Below are positions 1 to 9,329 of a stretch of 64,000 nucleotides of DNA, piece by piece. The stretch comes from Sphingobacteriaceae bacterium. GTDB lineage: Bacteria; Bacillota; Sulfobacillia; Thermaerobacterales; RSA17. The translations under genes were made by a program, and so were the position numbers. The first letter of the stretch is position 1. Every line of letters begins with the position of its first letter. The stretch spans positions 22,047-86,046 of the forward strand of contig DATGRI010000030.1 in NCBI GenBank assembly GCA_035303785.1, read 5' to 3'. The notes beneath the pieces are model-generated. The model did not search any database and was not told the origin of the DNA. It was given only the letters and a program-made list of their open reading frames with translations.

Positions 1-59
1 CCGATCTTTTGCCAAAGCCGGCCGATTAACCGGGGAAGGCGAATGATGTAGATGCGCAT
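1..59 (-). CDS. spoVM: SpoVM sporulation peptide, N-terminal 19 codons only (runs off the window edge)
   Basis: ATG at 59-57 lies 8 nt downstream of a GGAAGGAG RBS (68-75, minus strand). It translates as MRIYIIRLPRLIGRLWQKI, which aligns position by position with B. subtilis SpoVM MKFYTIKLPKFLGGIVRAM. The location beside rpe matches Bacillus. Confidence 0.6.
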   Translation of the reverse strand, partial: MRIYIIRLPRLIGRLWQKI

Positions 60-175
60 GGCTCCGACTCCTTCCTGTCGACCCATGCATCATATGTCGC
101 AGGGGAGCCGGAGGGTTCACCGCCGGCGGCAGCGGCCCGCCCACCGGGCAGAGGCCGGGCCGGCGGGAATGGCCG

Positions 176-874
176 CTACCCGGGGCGCCGGAGGCGGGCC
201 AATTGGGCCATGACCGATGCCGGATCCTCTGCCCCATACACGGCGGAGCCGGCCACCAGGACATCGGCCCCGGCGTTCACAGCCAAGGGGGCCGTTTCCC
301 CATCGATGCCCCCGTCCACTTGGATGTGGACGTCCAGGCCCCGGGCCGTGACGTATTCCCGCAGGGCCTCCACCTTGGGCAGCACTTCCGGCAGGAAGGC
401 CTGTCCCCCGAAGCCGGGGTTGACGGTCATGACCAGCACCAAATCCACCTGATGCAGCACCCAGGCGGCCTGCTCCCAGGGGGTGGCCGGGTTGAGGGCC
501 ACACCGGCCTTCACCCCCAGATCGCCGATGGTCTGGAGAGCCCGGTGCAGGTGGGCGGTAGCCTCCACGTGGACCGTCAGCCGGTCGGCCCCGGCCCGGG
601 CGAAGGCTTCCAGGTACGGCTCCGGCGGCGCGATCATCAAGTGGACGTCCAGGGGCATGTCGGTCAGGCGGCGCACCGCTTCAACCACCAAGGGGCCGAA
701 GGTGATGTTGGGCACGAAGTGGCCGTCCATCACGTCCAGGTGGAGCCAGTGGGCACCCCCCGCCTCCGCCAGGCCCACGGCCTTCTTTAAATCACTGAAA
801 TCGGCGGCCAGCAGGGAAGGCGCCACGATGACGGGCGCTCCATTCCGGCCTGCGCCGGCGGCTCCACCGGTCAA
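176..874 (-). CDS. rpe: ribulose-phosphate 3-epimerase
   Basis: 232-aa ORF with HLDVMDGHFVPNITFG and VNPGFGGQAF motifs. Synteny with rsgA. Confidence 0.95.
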   Translation of the reverse strand: MTGGAAGAGRNGAPVIVAPSLLAADFSDLKKAVGLAEAGGAHWLHLDVMDGHFVPNITFGPLVVEAVRRLTDMPLDVHLMIAPPEPYLEAFARAGADRLTVHVEATAHLHRALQTIGDLGVKAGVALNPATPWEQAAWVLHQVDLVLVMTVNPGFGGQAFLPEVLPKVEALREYVTARGLDVHIQVDGGIDGETAPLAVNAGADVLVAGSAVYGAEDPASVMAQLARLRRPG

Positions 875-889
875 TGTCCTCGTCCCCTC

Positions 890-1834
890 TCAACGGTAGC
901 GCTGGGCTTCCAGTTCTTCGATCTCCGTCAACAGTTCCAAGTATTGCTCATAACGGTGGGGCGACGCCGCCCCCTCCTCCACCAGCGCCTTGACGGCGCA
1001 GCCGGGCTCGGCCCGGTGGAGGCAGTCGGGGAACCGGCACCGGTCCGCCCCCGCGGCCAGGTCCGGGAAGCAATGGATGAGCCTCTCCTTGGGGATGTGG
1101 GCCACGGAAAGCCGGCTGAAGCCGGGCGTGTCCACCACATAGCCCCACGGCCCCGCCTTGGGCTTCTTCCCCTCCTGGATCCGCTGCCGGGCTTCCCGGT
1201 CATATAGGGGGAGCAACTGAACGTGGCGGGTGGTGTGCCTTCCCCGGCGCAGGCGACGGCTGACGGGCTGGGTCTGCAGGTTGAGGCCCGGCTGCAGGGC
1301 GTTGAGCAAGGTGGTCTTGCCCACCCCCGACGGCCCGGCCAGCACCGACACCCGGCCTTTCAGCACTGCCTCCAAGGCCTCCACGTTGGTGGGGGGCTGG
1401 GCGGCCAGGGCGATGAAGGGATAGCCGGTGGGCTTGTACTCGGCCCGGATGGCCTCCACCTCTTCGGGCGGGGTCAAATCCAATTTGTTCAGGACCAGCA
1501 CCACGTCAAGACCTTCGAATTGGGCCAGGCAGGTGAGGCGATCCAGCACCGGCCGGTTCAACGGAGGCTGGCGCAGGGTGAAAACCACCAGAACTTGATC
1601 CACGTTGGCCACCGGCGGACGGTGGAGACGGCTGGTCCGGGGCAGCACTTCCTCGATGACGCCGGAGCCGTCGTCCAGCACGGAAACCCGCACCCGGTCC
1701 CCCGTCAGCACGCCCTCCTCCTCCTGGCGCAGCCGCCCCCGGGGCCTGCACGTGATGGGGCCCTTGCCCGGCGCCCCGTCCAATTGCACTTCATACCAGC
1801 CGCTGTAAGACTTGATAACCCTTCCCGTCACCAA
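890..1834 (-). CDS. rsgA: ribosome small-subunit biogenesis GTPase RsgA
   Basis: P-loop VLAGPSGVGKTTLLNAL, circularly permuted GTPase order (NKLD before the P-loop) and a C-terminal zinc site CRFPDCLHRAEPGC. Confidence 0.93.
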   Translation of the reverse strand: MVTGRVIKSYSGWYEVQLDGAPGKGPITCRPRGRLRQEEEGVLTGDRVRVSVLDDGSGVIEEVLPRTSRLHRPPVANVDQVLVVFTLRQPPLNRPVLDRLTCLAQFEGLDVVLVLNKLDLTPPEEVEAIRAEYKPTGYPFIALAAQPPTNVEALEAVLKGRVSVLAGPSGVGKTTLLNALQPGLNLQTQPVSRRLRRGRHTTRHVQLLPLYDREARQRIQEGKKPKAGPWGYVVDTPGFSRLSVAHIPKERLIHCFPDLAAGADRCRFPDCLHRAEPGCAVKALVEEGAASPHRYEQYLELLTEIEELEAQRYR

Positions 1835-3771
1835 ATCTCTTCCACTGTCAGGAGTTGCCCGTTGCTCTGCACCGTCACCGTGGCTTCCTCCCCGTACCAG
1901 TAGACCGGCACCGTGAAGGAGACGCCGCCGCCGTGGCGGCCCCGGTATACCAGCCGCTCGCCCCGCTCGTCGATGACCCGCACCTCTATTTGCTGTTCGG
2001 CGGGCTCCCCCGGCAATGTCACGGGAAACATGGTCTCGTTGGGTTCGATGCCGTTGCCGCTGCTGACGTACAGCACGACGGCGGTGCCGGGGGGAACCAC
2101 TTCCCCGGCGGCGGGCTCGTGGGCGCCGATGGTATCGGGCGGGTAGTCGCCGGGGGCCGTGCGGATTTCACCCACCCGCAATTTCATGGACGCCAGTTCG
2201 TCCCGGGCCCGGGCCACCGTCAGGCCCCGCAGGTCGGGCAGGGCTACGGGCTCCCCTTCGGGGCCCCGGCTCACCGTCAGCCGGACCACGGTCCCCGTGC
2301 GCACCGGCGTGGCGGGAGTGGGGTCCTGGGCCACCACGGTGCCTTCGGGGGCCTCGCTGTGGTGCACGTAATCGTACTCCACCGCCAGCCCCAGCTGCTT
2401 CAATCTCAACTCGGCGGCAGCGGCCCGCTCGCCCCGGACGTCGATCATGCCCCCGTGGACCAGCTGGGGGCCGAGGCTCATGATGACCTCCACCACGCCG
2501 CCCCGGCGCATGGTGGCCCCGGGGCCGGGGTTCTGCTCCAAAACCAGGCCTGATGCCATCTGATCGTCGTGGCGCTCGGCCACCACCCGCAGTGCCACGC
2601 CGGCGGCGGCCAGCTGGGACCGGGCCGTCCCCTGGTCCAGGCCCGTCACCTCGGGCACCGTGACCACGGGGGGCTTGAGCCAGCTTCCTACCGCCTGGGC
2701 GGTGAAGCCCACCAGACCTCCCATGACCACCAAAGCGACGGTCCACATGGCCAGGATGCGGCTCCAGGGGCGCTGCCTCCTCTTGGCCCCGGCCCGCCGG
2801 CGGGCGGGACGGGCCTCAGGCCCCGGCCGCGGCGCCTCCCTCCCGGACTGGGGGGCAGCCACCGCCGCTGCCGCCCCGCCGTTGCCCGGCACGCCCAGGG
2901 CGCTCAAGTTGACGGTGGGCTGGTCGTCGGGCACCGCCCAAACCTCTTCGGGCGCCATGACCGCGAAATTTTCCAAATCCTTGCGCATGACCCTGGCCGA
3001 CGGGTAGCGGCGCTGGGGATCCTTTTGCAGGGCCTGCAGCACGATGCGGCTTAAGGTGGGCGACACTTGGGAGGCCAAAGCATGGGGATCGGGCGGCTCT
3101 TCCCGCATGTGCTTCACCGCCACCGTCACCATGGACTCCCCGTCGAAGGGCAGCACTCCCGTCAGCATCTCAAACAGCACGACCCCCAGGGAGTACAGGT
3201 CGGTCCGGGCGCCGGTGGGCTTGCCCGAAGCCTGCTCCGGCGACACGTAGTGGGCGCTGCCCATGATGGGGCCGGCATCGGTCAAGGTCTGGGTGCCCAC
3301 GGCCCGGGCGATGCCGAAGTCGGCCACCTTCACCTGGCCCGACTCCGCCAGCAAGATGTTCTGGGGCTTGATGTCCCGGTGGATGACGCCGTGGCTGTGG
3401 GCATGCTCCAGGGCGGCCAGCACCTGGACCGCTATGTCCACCGCCTCCCGGGGAGGTAGGGGGCCGGCGGCCTTGATGCGCTCCTTCAAGGTTTGTCCGC
3501 TGACATATTCCATGACGATGTAGTCCAGGCCGTCGTCCCGGCCCACATCGTAGATGGCCACGATGTTGGGATGGGAAAGCCGGGCCGCCGCCTTGGCCTC
3601 CAGCTTGAACCGCTCCACGAAGGCCTCGTCGCCCACGAATTCGGGCCGCAGCATCTTGACGGCCACCATGCGGTCCAGCAGCTGGTCCCGGCCCAGGTAG
3701 ACCACGGCCATGCCGCCCCCGCCCAGGGGCCCCTCGATGCGATAGCGCCCGCCCAGCAGCCGCCCCTTCAT
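1828..3771 (-). CDS. prkC: Ser/Thr protein kinase with PASTA repeats (PknB/PrkC type)
   Basis: Kinase motifs HRDIKPQNILL and DFGIAR, a TM segment, then repeated PASTA-like modules. The ATG at 3771 overlaps the PP2C stop (ATGA). The longest ORF would start at 3795. Confidence 0.92.
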   Translation of the reverse strand: MKGRLLGGRYRIEGPLGGGGMAVVYLGRDQLLDRMVAVKMLRPEFVGDEAFVERFKLEAKAAARLSHPNIVAIYDVGRDDGLDYIVMEYVSGQTLKERIKAAGPLPPREAVDIAVQVLAALEHAHSHGVIHRDIKPQNILLAESGQVKVADFGIARAVGTQTLTDAGPIMGSAHYVSPEQASGKPTGARTDLYSLGVVLFEMLTGVLPFDGESMVTVAVKHMREEPPDPHALASQVSPTLSRIVLQALQKDPQRRYPSARVMRKDLENFAVMAPEEVWAVPDDQPTVNLSALGVPGNGGAAAAVAAPQSGREAPRPGPEARPARRRAGAKRRQRPWSRILAMWTVALVVMGGLVGFTAQAVGSWLKPPVVTVPEVTGLDQGTARSQLAAAGVALRVVAERHDDQMASGLVLEQNPGPGATMRRGGVVEVIMSLGPQLVHGGMIDVRGERAAAAELRLKQLGLAVEYDYVHHSEAPEGTVVAQDPTPATPVRTGTVVRLTVSRGPEGEPVALPDLRGLTVARARDELASMKLRVGEIRTAPGDYPPDTIGAHEPAAGEVVPPGTAVVLYVSSGNGIEPNETMFPVTLPGEPAEQQIEVRVIDERGERLVYRGRHGGGVSFTVPVYWYGEEATVTVQSNGQLLTVEEIW

Positions 3772-4529
3772 GGCGACCCGCCTCCCCCAGGCCAAACCAC
3801 CAGCAGGGTCACGTTGTCGGGGGCGCCCCGCTGGTTGGCCAAGGCGATGAGCCGGTGGGGATCATGGGGCTGCTCCACCAGGGCGGCGCCGATCTCGGCG
3901 TCGGTCACCGTGCTGGTGAGCCCGTCGGTGCACAGGAGGAGCCCCTCCCCCGCCTCCAGGCTGCCCTGGGCGGTCTGCACCTGGGGACGCCGGGCCAGGC
4001 CCAGGGCTTCGGTAAGAATGTGGCGCTGGGGATGGGTGCGGGCCTGCTCGGCGGTGATCTGGCCCGACCGCACCAGTTCGGTGACCAGGGCGTGGTCCAC
4101 CGTCAACTGCTCCATGCGGCCGTCGGGGAAGACTTTATAGAGCCGGCTGTCGCCCACATGGGCAAAAACGAAGGAAAGATCTTTGACGTAAGCCGCCGTC
4201 AGGGTCGTGCCCATGCCCGCCCGGCTGGGGTCCCGGGCGGCCTCGGCCACCAGGCGGTCGTTGGCCGTCACCAGGGCTTCCTCCATGGCGCCCATGACGT
4301 CGCCGGGCGAGGGCGGGGCGTCCAGCCCCGCGTTCCATTGGGCAAGGCATTCCTCCAAGACGTGGAGGGCCATGGAACTGGCCACATCGCCGGCCTGGGC
4401 GCCGCCCATGCCGTCGGCTACGGCGAAGACATGGGCTTGGGCCGGCTGGGGCAAGGAAAAGGCCGCATAGGCATCCTGGTTGGCTGTCCGCACCCGGCCG
4501 ATGTCGGTGGCGGCGAACCACAGCAGCAT
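3768..4529 (-). CDS. prpC: PP2C-family Ser/Thr phosphatase (PrpC/Stp)
   Basis: TDIGRVRTANQDA, AVADGMGG and LLLCTDGL motifs. Paired with the kinase. Confidence 0.92.
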   Translation of the reverse strand: MLLWFAATDIGRVRTANQDAYAAFSLPQPAQAHVFAVADGMGGAQAGDVASSMALHVLEECLAQWNAGLDAPPSPGDVMGAMEEALVTANDRLVAEAARDPSRAGMGTTLTAAYVKDLSFVFAHVGDSRLYKVFPDGRMEQLTVDHALVTELVRSGQITAEQARTHPQRHILTEALGLARRPQVQTAQGSLEAGEGLLLCTDGLTSTVTDAEIGAALVEQPHDPHRLIALANQRGAPDNVTLLVVWPGGGGSP

Positions 4530-4555
4530 GACAAGCCTCCCGGCGTCCGCTCTGG

Positions 4556-5665
4556 CTAGCCTTTCGCGGGCACGGGGCGCCCTTCCTGCTTTTCCGCCAG
4601 GGCCCGGCGCCGCAGCTGGCCGCAGGCCGCCTCGATCTTCCGGCCCAAGGTGCGGCGGATGGTCACCTGCAGGCCGGCCCGGCGCAGGATGTCCCGGAAA
4701 ACCTGCATGCGGCGGGGCGGCGACGGCTTGTAGGGCCGGTCGGGCACGGGGTTGCAGGGAATCAAGTTGATGTGGCAGAGGAGATCGCCCACCAGCACGG
4801 CCAACTCCCGGGCCAGCTCCGGATGGTCGTTGACGCCGTCCATCATTATGTACTCAAAGGAAATTCTACGCCCCGTCTTGGCCACGTAGTCCCGGCAGGC
4901 GTCCATCAGCTGGGCCAGGGGATAGCGCACATTGATGGGCATGATCTGGGATCGGATGTAGTCGTTGGGGGCGTGGAGGGAGACGGCCAGGGTGACGGGC
5001 AGCCCCTCTTCGGCCAGGCGCCGGATGGCGGGCACCAAGCCCACCGTGGAGACGGTAATGTGGCGGAGGCCGATGCCCAAGCCCTCAGGGTCGTTGACAA
5101 TCCGCAGGAAGCGGACCAGGTTGTCGTAGTTCTCCAAGGGCTCGCCCATGCCCATGACCACGATGGAGCCGATGCGCTCCCCCGCCGGGTCCAGGGCCCG
5201 CTGCACCGACACCACCTGCTGGACGATCTCCGCCGCCGTCAGATCCCGCACCTTGCCGCCCATGGTGGAGGCGCAGAAGCGGCAGCCCATGCGGCAGCCC
5301 ACCTGGGTGGAGACGCACAGGCTGAAGCCGTGGCGGTAGCGCATCAGCACCGTCTCCACCGTCTCCCCGTCGGCCAGGAGGCGGAACAAGAACTTGCGGG
5401 TGCCGTCGTCGGGGTCCTCCTGGCTGAGGATCAATTGGGCCACGTCGATGACCGCCCGCTCCTCCAGCAGGGTGCGCAAGGCCGCCGGCAGGTTGGTCAT
5501 GGCCTGGAAGTCCGCCGCCCGGTGGCGGAAGAGCCATTGGAAAACCTGGCGGGCCCGGTAGCGGGGCTCTCCCAGGGAGGCCATGAACCCTTCCAGTTGG
5601 GCCTGGGTCATGCCCAGGAGGGCCGCCCGGCCGGCTATTGTCGAAACTGGTTCGGGCCCAGCCAT
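4556..5665 (-). CDS. rlmN: 23S rRNA/tRNA A2503 methyltransferase RlmN (radical SAM)
   Basis: CRMGCRFCAS radical-SAM cluster motif. I prefer the ATG at 5665 because GGAAGGAGAGG sits 5 nt upstream. The longest ORF starts with TTG at 5704. Confidence 0.9.
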   Translation of the reverse strand: MAGPEPVSTIAGRAALLGMTQAQLEGFMASLGEPRYRARQVFQWLFRHRAADFQAMTNLPAALRTLLEERAVIDVAQLILSQEDPDDGTRKFLFRLLADGETVETVLMRYRHGFSLCVSTQVGCRMGCRFCASTMGGKVRDLTAAEIVQQVVSVQRALDPAGERIGSIVVMGMGEPLENYDNLVRFLRIVNDPEGLGIGLRHITVSTVGLVPAIRRLAEEGLPVTLAVSLHAPNDYIRSQIMPINVRYPLAQLMDACRDYVAKTGRRISFEYIMMDGVNDHPELARELAVLVGDLLCHINLIPCNPVPDRPYKPSPPRRMQVFRDILRRAGLQVTIRRTLGRKIEAACGQLRRRALAEKQEGRPVPAKG

Positions 5666-5700
5666 GTTGTCCTCTCCTTCCTCGTCAGGTGCCCAACGCC

Positions 5701-7074
5701 TCAAGGGAGGCGCCGCAGCCGGGCGATGAAAAAACCGTCGGTGCCGTGGCGGTGGGGCCAGAGCATCAACTGATGGCCCTCCGCTTCGGCGGCCAATGCC
5801 CCGGGCAGGTAGGGCGCCAGGGCATCGGGCGCAAACTCATCATGGGCCTTCAAGAACTGCTCCACGATTTCATAGGTCTCTTCCGGCTCGTTGGTGCAGA
5901 CAGTATAAACCAAAGCGCCGCCGGGCCTGACCACCCGGGCCGCGGCGGCCATGATCTCCCCCTGAAGCCGGGCCAGGGCGGCAATGTCTTCCTCCTGCTT
6001 CTGCCAGCGCAGGTCCGGGCGCCGGGCCAAGGTGCCGAACCCGGTGCAGGGGGCGTCCACCAGCACCCGGTCAAACTCCGGGCCGAAATGCTCCGGGAGG
6101 TCCCGGGCATCCATGGGCCGGGCTTCCACAATGGACAGCCCCAGGCGCCGGGCCCCCTCCGTCACCCTGGCCAGCCGCACGGGATCGATGTCCACGGCCG
6201 TTACCCGGCCCCGGCCGCCCATCAATTCGGCCATGTGGGTGGTCTTGGTGCCCGGGGCGCTGCAGGCGTCCAGCACCTGCTCTCCGGGCTGGGGAGCCAC
6301 CACCCGGCTTACCAGCATGGAAGCCTCGTCCTGAAAAGTATAATGCCCGGCCCGGAAATTGGGCAGTTGGGCCGGGCCGTAGCCGGCGGTCCCCTCCAGG
6401 ATCAAGGCTTCGGGCAGCCAGCGCCCCGGCCGGGCCGCCACCCCCGCCGCCGCCAATTGCTCCTGAACCTGCTGGGGCCGGGCCCGCAGCAGGTTTACCC
6501 GGATGGTCAAGGGGGGAACCCGATTGTTGGCCCGGCACAGGGCCAGGGCCTCCTCAAAGGAGAACCGGGCCAGCCACCGGCGCACGAGAAACGGGGGATG
6601 GGAATGGACGATGGCCAGGTAGCCTTCGGGGTCGTCTTCGGCCTGGGGCACGGGAATGGATTCCTTTTGCCGCAGCAGGTTCCGCAGGACACCGTTGGCG
6701 AAGCGGGCCGCGCCCACCCCGCCGTGAAGGCGGGCCGCCTCTACGGCTTGATGGACCACGGCCCGCTCCGGCACCCGATCCAAGTAAAACAGTTCGTATA
6801 CTGCGCCCCGGAGGATCTGCAGCAGGGGACGGTCCAGCTTGGGCAGGGGCCGCCGGGAGACGTGGCCCAAGTAATAGTCCAAAGTGCCCTGGCGGCGGGC
6901 CACGCCGTAGGCGATTTCGGTGGCCAAGGCCCGGTCGGCGGGCGACAGGGATCCGGCGGCGGCCATGGCCTCGTCCAGGGCGTCGCCGGCGAACCGGCCC
7001 TTGGCCATGGCCAGCAAGGCCGTCAGGGCCGTCCGGCGGGCGGGGCTGAGGCCGCTCCGTCCCCGGCCGGTCAT
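5701..7074 (-). CDS. rsmB: 16S rRNA m5C967 methyltransferase RsmB
   Basis: N-terminal NusB-like region, SAM motif VLDACSAPGTKT and catalytic DAPCTGFG. Confidence 0.9.
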   Translation of the reverse strand: MTGRGRSGLSPARRTALTALLAMAKGRFAGDALDEAMAAAGSLSPADRALATEIAYGVARRQGTLDYYLGHVSRRPLPKLDRPLLQILRGAVYELFYLDRVPERAVVHQAVEAARLHGGVGAARFANGVLRNLLRQKESIPVPQAEDDPEGYLAIVHSHPPFLVRRWLARFSFEEALALCRANNRVPPLTIRVNLLRARPQQVQEQLAAAGVAARPGRWLPEALILEGTAGYGPAQLPNFRAGHYTFQDEASMLVSRVVAPQPGEQVLDACSAPGTKTTHMAELMGGRGRVTAVDIDPVRLARVTEGARRLGLSIVEARPMDARDLPEHFGPEFDRVLVDAPCTGFGTLARRPDLRWQKQEEDIAALARLQGEIMAAAARVVRPGGALVYTVCTNEPEETYEIVEQFLKAHDEFAPDALAPYLPGALAAEAEGHQLMLWPHRHGTDGFFIARLRRLP

Positions 7075-7084
7075 GATGGATCCC

Positions 7085-7762
7085 TCAACGGCGCCCGCGC
7101 AGGGTGAACAGGTATACCAACTGGAGCAAAGCCGTGACCAGGGCGGCGAAGTAGGTCAGGGCCGCAGCGCTGAGGACGGAGCGGATGGGTCGTATCTCGC
7201 TGCTGCTGACGTAGCCGCCGTCGGCCAAAGTGGCCAGGGCCCGGCTGGAAGCGTTGAACTCCACCGGCAGGGTCACCAGTTGGAACAGCACCGCCAGGGA
7301 AAAGAGTATGATGCCCAGATCCACCAGCTGCAGCGCCCCCAGGATGAGCCCCAGGATGACCAGGGGCATGGCCAGGTTGGAGCCGATCTGGGTAATGGGC
7401 ACGATACTGTTGCGCAGGTTGAGCCATATGTAGCCGTCCCGGTGCTGGAGGGCGTGACCCACCTCGTGGGCGGCTACCCCCAGGGCAGCCAGGGAACGGC
7501 TGTTGTAGACGCCTTCCGACAGGCGGACCACCCGGTTGCGGGGATCGTAATGGTCCGTCAATTGCCCGGCGACGCCCTCCACGGCCACATCATGGAGGCC
7601 TGCCTGCTGCAGCAGGCGGCGGGCCAGTTCGCTGCCCGTCAGGCCGCTGCTGGCGTAGACCTGGGAGTAGGTTTCATAGGCGCTCCGCACCCGCGCCTGG
7701 GCCCAGACGGCCAGCAGCATGGCGGGACCCATGATGAGCCAGTACAGTGGGTCAAACAGCAT
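7085..7762 (-). CDS. membrane zinc metallopeptidase (YugP-like)
   Basis: HEVGHALQH zinc motif between hydrophobic segments. 225 aa. Overlaps the fmt 3' end by 11 nt. Confidence 0.8.
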   Translation of the reverse strand: MLFDPLYWLIMGPAMLLAVWAQARVRSAYETYSQVYASSGLTGSELARRLLQQAGLHDVAVEGVAGQLTDHYDPRNRVVRLSEGVYNSRSLAALGVAAHEVGHALQHRDGYIWLNLRNSIVPITQIGSNLAMPLVILGLILGALQLVDLGIILFSLAVLFQLVTLPVEFNASSRALATLADGGYVSSSEIRPIRSVLSAAALTYFAALVTALLQLVYLFTLRGRR

Positions 7763-9251
7763 CGATGGAACCTCCCTTCCCTTCGGTAGTGCTGGTGGCC
7801 ACGGGCTCCAGGCCCAAGGCCTCGCCTTCGTCCAGGGGATGGCCGTTGATGAAGTCGGCGGCGCTGACGGCCTGTCGCCCGGCCAGCTGCACCCGCTTCA
7901 CCAGCACGGCGCCGGTGCCGGCGGCCACCACGAAGCCCTGGTTCTTCTCCACGGCGATGACGGTGCCCGGCGGGGCCCCGGCCTCCCCGGGCCGGACTTC
8001 CGCCGCCAGGATCTTCAAACGCTCGCCCCGGTAGAGGGTGTAGGCTCCCGGGCGGGGCGCCAGCCCCCGGCAGTGGTTGACGATCTTCTCGGCGGGCCAG
8101 GACCAGTCGATGCGCTCCTCGTGGGGCTGCAGGGCCGGGGCGAAGGTGGCCCGGCTGTGGTCCTGGGGACGCCGGGGCGGATCTTCCTCGGTGGCCAGCA
8201 GGCGCAGGGCATCCATCAGCAGGCGGGCGCCCATCTTGCTGAGGCGGGCCGCCAGTTCTCCCGCCGTTTCCCCGGGCTGGATGGGGGTCTCCTCCTGGAG
8301 CAGGATGTCGCCGCTGTCCATGCCTTCGTCCATGAAGTAGATGGTGACGCCCGTCTTTTCCTTGCCTTCCATCAAGGCCCGCTGGATGGGCGCCGCTCCC
8401 CGCAGTTCCGGCAGCAGGGAGGGATGGATGTTGAGGCAGCCCAGACGGGGCACCTCCAGCACCTCGGGCGGCAGCAGCAGGCCGTAGGCGGCGGTGACGA
8501 TGACGTCGGGCTCCAGTTCCCGCAACTGGGCCACAAACTCCGGATCCCCGGCCTTTTCCGGCTGGAGCACCGGCAGGCCCAGTTCTGCGGCCAGTTCCTT
8601 GACGGGGGAGGGCTTCACCGCTCGCCCGCGGCCCCGGGGCCGGTCGGGCCGGGTCACCACCGCCGTCACCCGGCAATGGTTGCGCAGCAGGTGGCGCAGG
8701 GGCTCCACGGCGAAGCCGGGGGTGCCCATGTACACGATGCGCAGGTCGGCGGCGGGGCTCAGTTCGATGATCTTGGAAGCCCGGTCCAAAAAGAGAATGC
8801 CGTCCAAATGGTCGATTTCGTGCTGGATGGCCCGGGCCAGCAGGCCCTCGGCCTCCAGCCACACCCGGCGGCCCTTTTCGTCCAGGCCCGACACCCGCAC
8901 CAAGCCGGCCCGGGCCACCCTGCCCTGGTAGCCGGGAATGGATAGGCAGCCTTCGTAGGCCTCTTCGCTGCCCTCCTGGTGGTGCACCTCGGGGTTGATG
9001 ATGACCACGGGGCCGTCGCCCACGTCGGCCACGATGACCCGGCGCAGCACGCCAACCTGGGGCGCCGCCAGCCCGATGCCGTCGGCATCGTACATGGTGG
9101 CCAGCATGTCGTCCACCAACTGCCGGATTTCCCGGTTCACCCGGGTGACGGGCTGGGACCGCTGCCGCAATATTTGCCGTTCTGTTTCGTTCTTGTACTG
9201 CAGGATGGGCCTGACCCGACCCTGCCGGGCATCCCGCGCCCCTCGCGCCAT
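7752..9251 (-). CDS. def-fmt: peptide deformylase fused in frame to methionyl-tRNA formyltransferase
   Basis: One uninterrupted 499-codon ORF. Def motifs GIGLAAPQVG, EGCLSIPG and QHEIDHLDG are followed after about 10 residues by the Fmt N-terminus LRIVYMGTPGFAV and the Fmt motif NIHPSLLPELRGAAPIQ. Confidence 0.85.
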   Translation of the reverse strand: MARGARDARQGRVRPILQYKNETERQILRQRSQPVTRVNREIRQLVDDMLATMYDADGIGLAAPQVGVLRRVIVADVGDGPVVIINPEVHHQEGSEEAYEGCLSIPGYQGRVARAGLVRVSGLDEKGRRVWLEAEGLLARAIQHEIDHLDGILFLDRASKIIELSPAADLRIVYMGTPGFAVEPLRHLLRNHCRVTAVVTRPDRPRGRGRAVKPSPVKELAAELGLPVLQPEKAGDPEFVAQLRELEPDVIVTAAYGLLLPPEVLEVPRLGCLNIHPSLLPELRGAAPIQRALMEGKEKTGVTIYFMDEGMDSGDILLQEETPIQPGETAGELAARLSKMGARLLMDALRLLATEEDPPRRPQDHSRATFAPALQPHEERIDWSWPAEKIVNHCRGLAPRPGAYTLYRGERLKILAAEVRPGEAGAPPGTVIAVEKNQGFVVAAGTGAVLVKRVQLAGRQAVSAADFINGHPLDEGEALGLEPVATSTTEGKGGSIDAV

Positions 9252-9329
9252 TGATCATCCTCCGTGAAATCCGCTGATCCGTTGATCGACGTTGGTTTCC
9301 AATAACTATTATACCGCCCCTTGTCTCCT

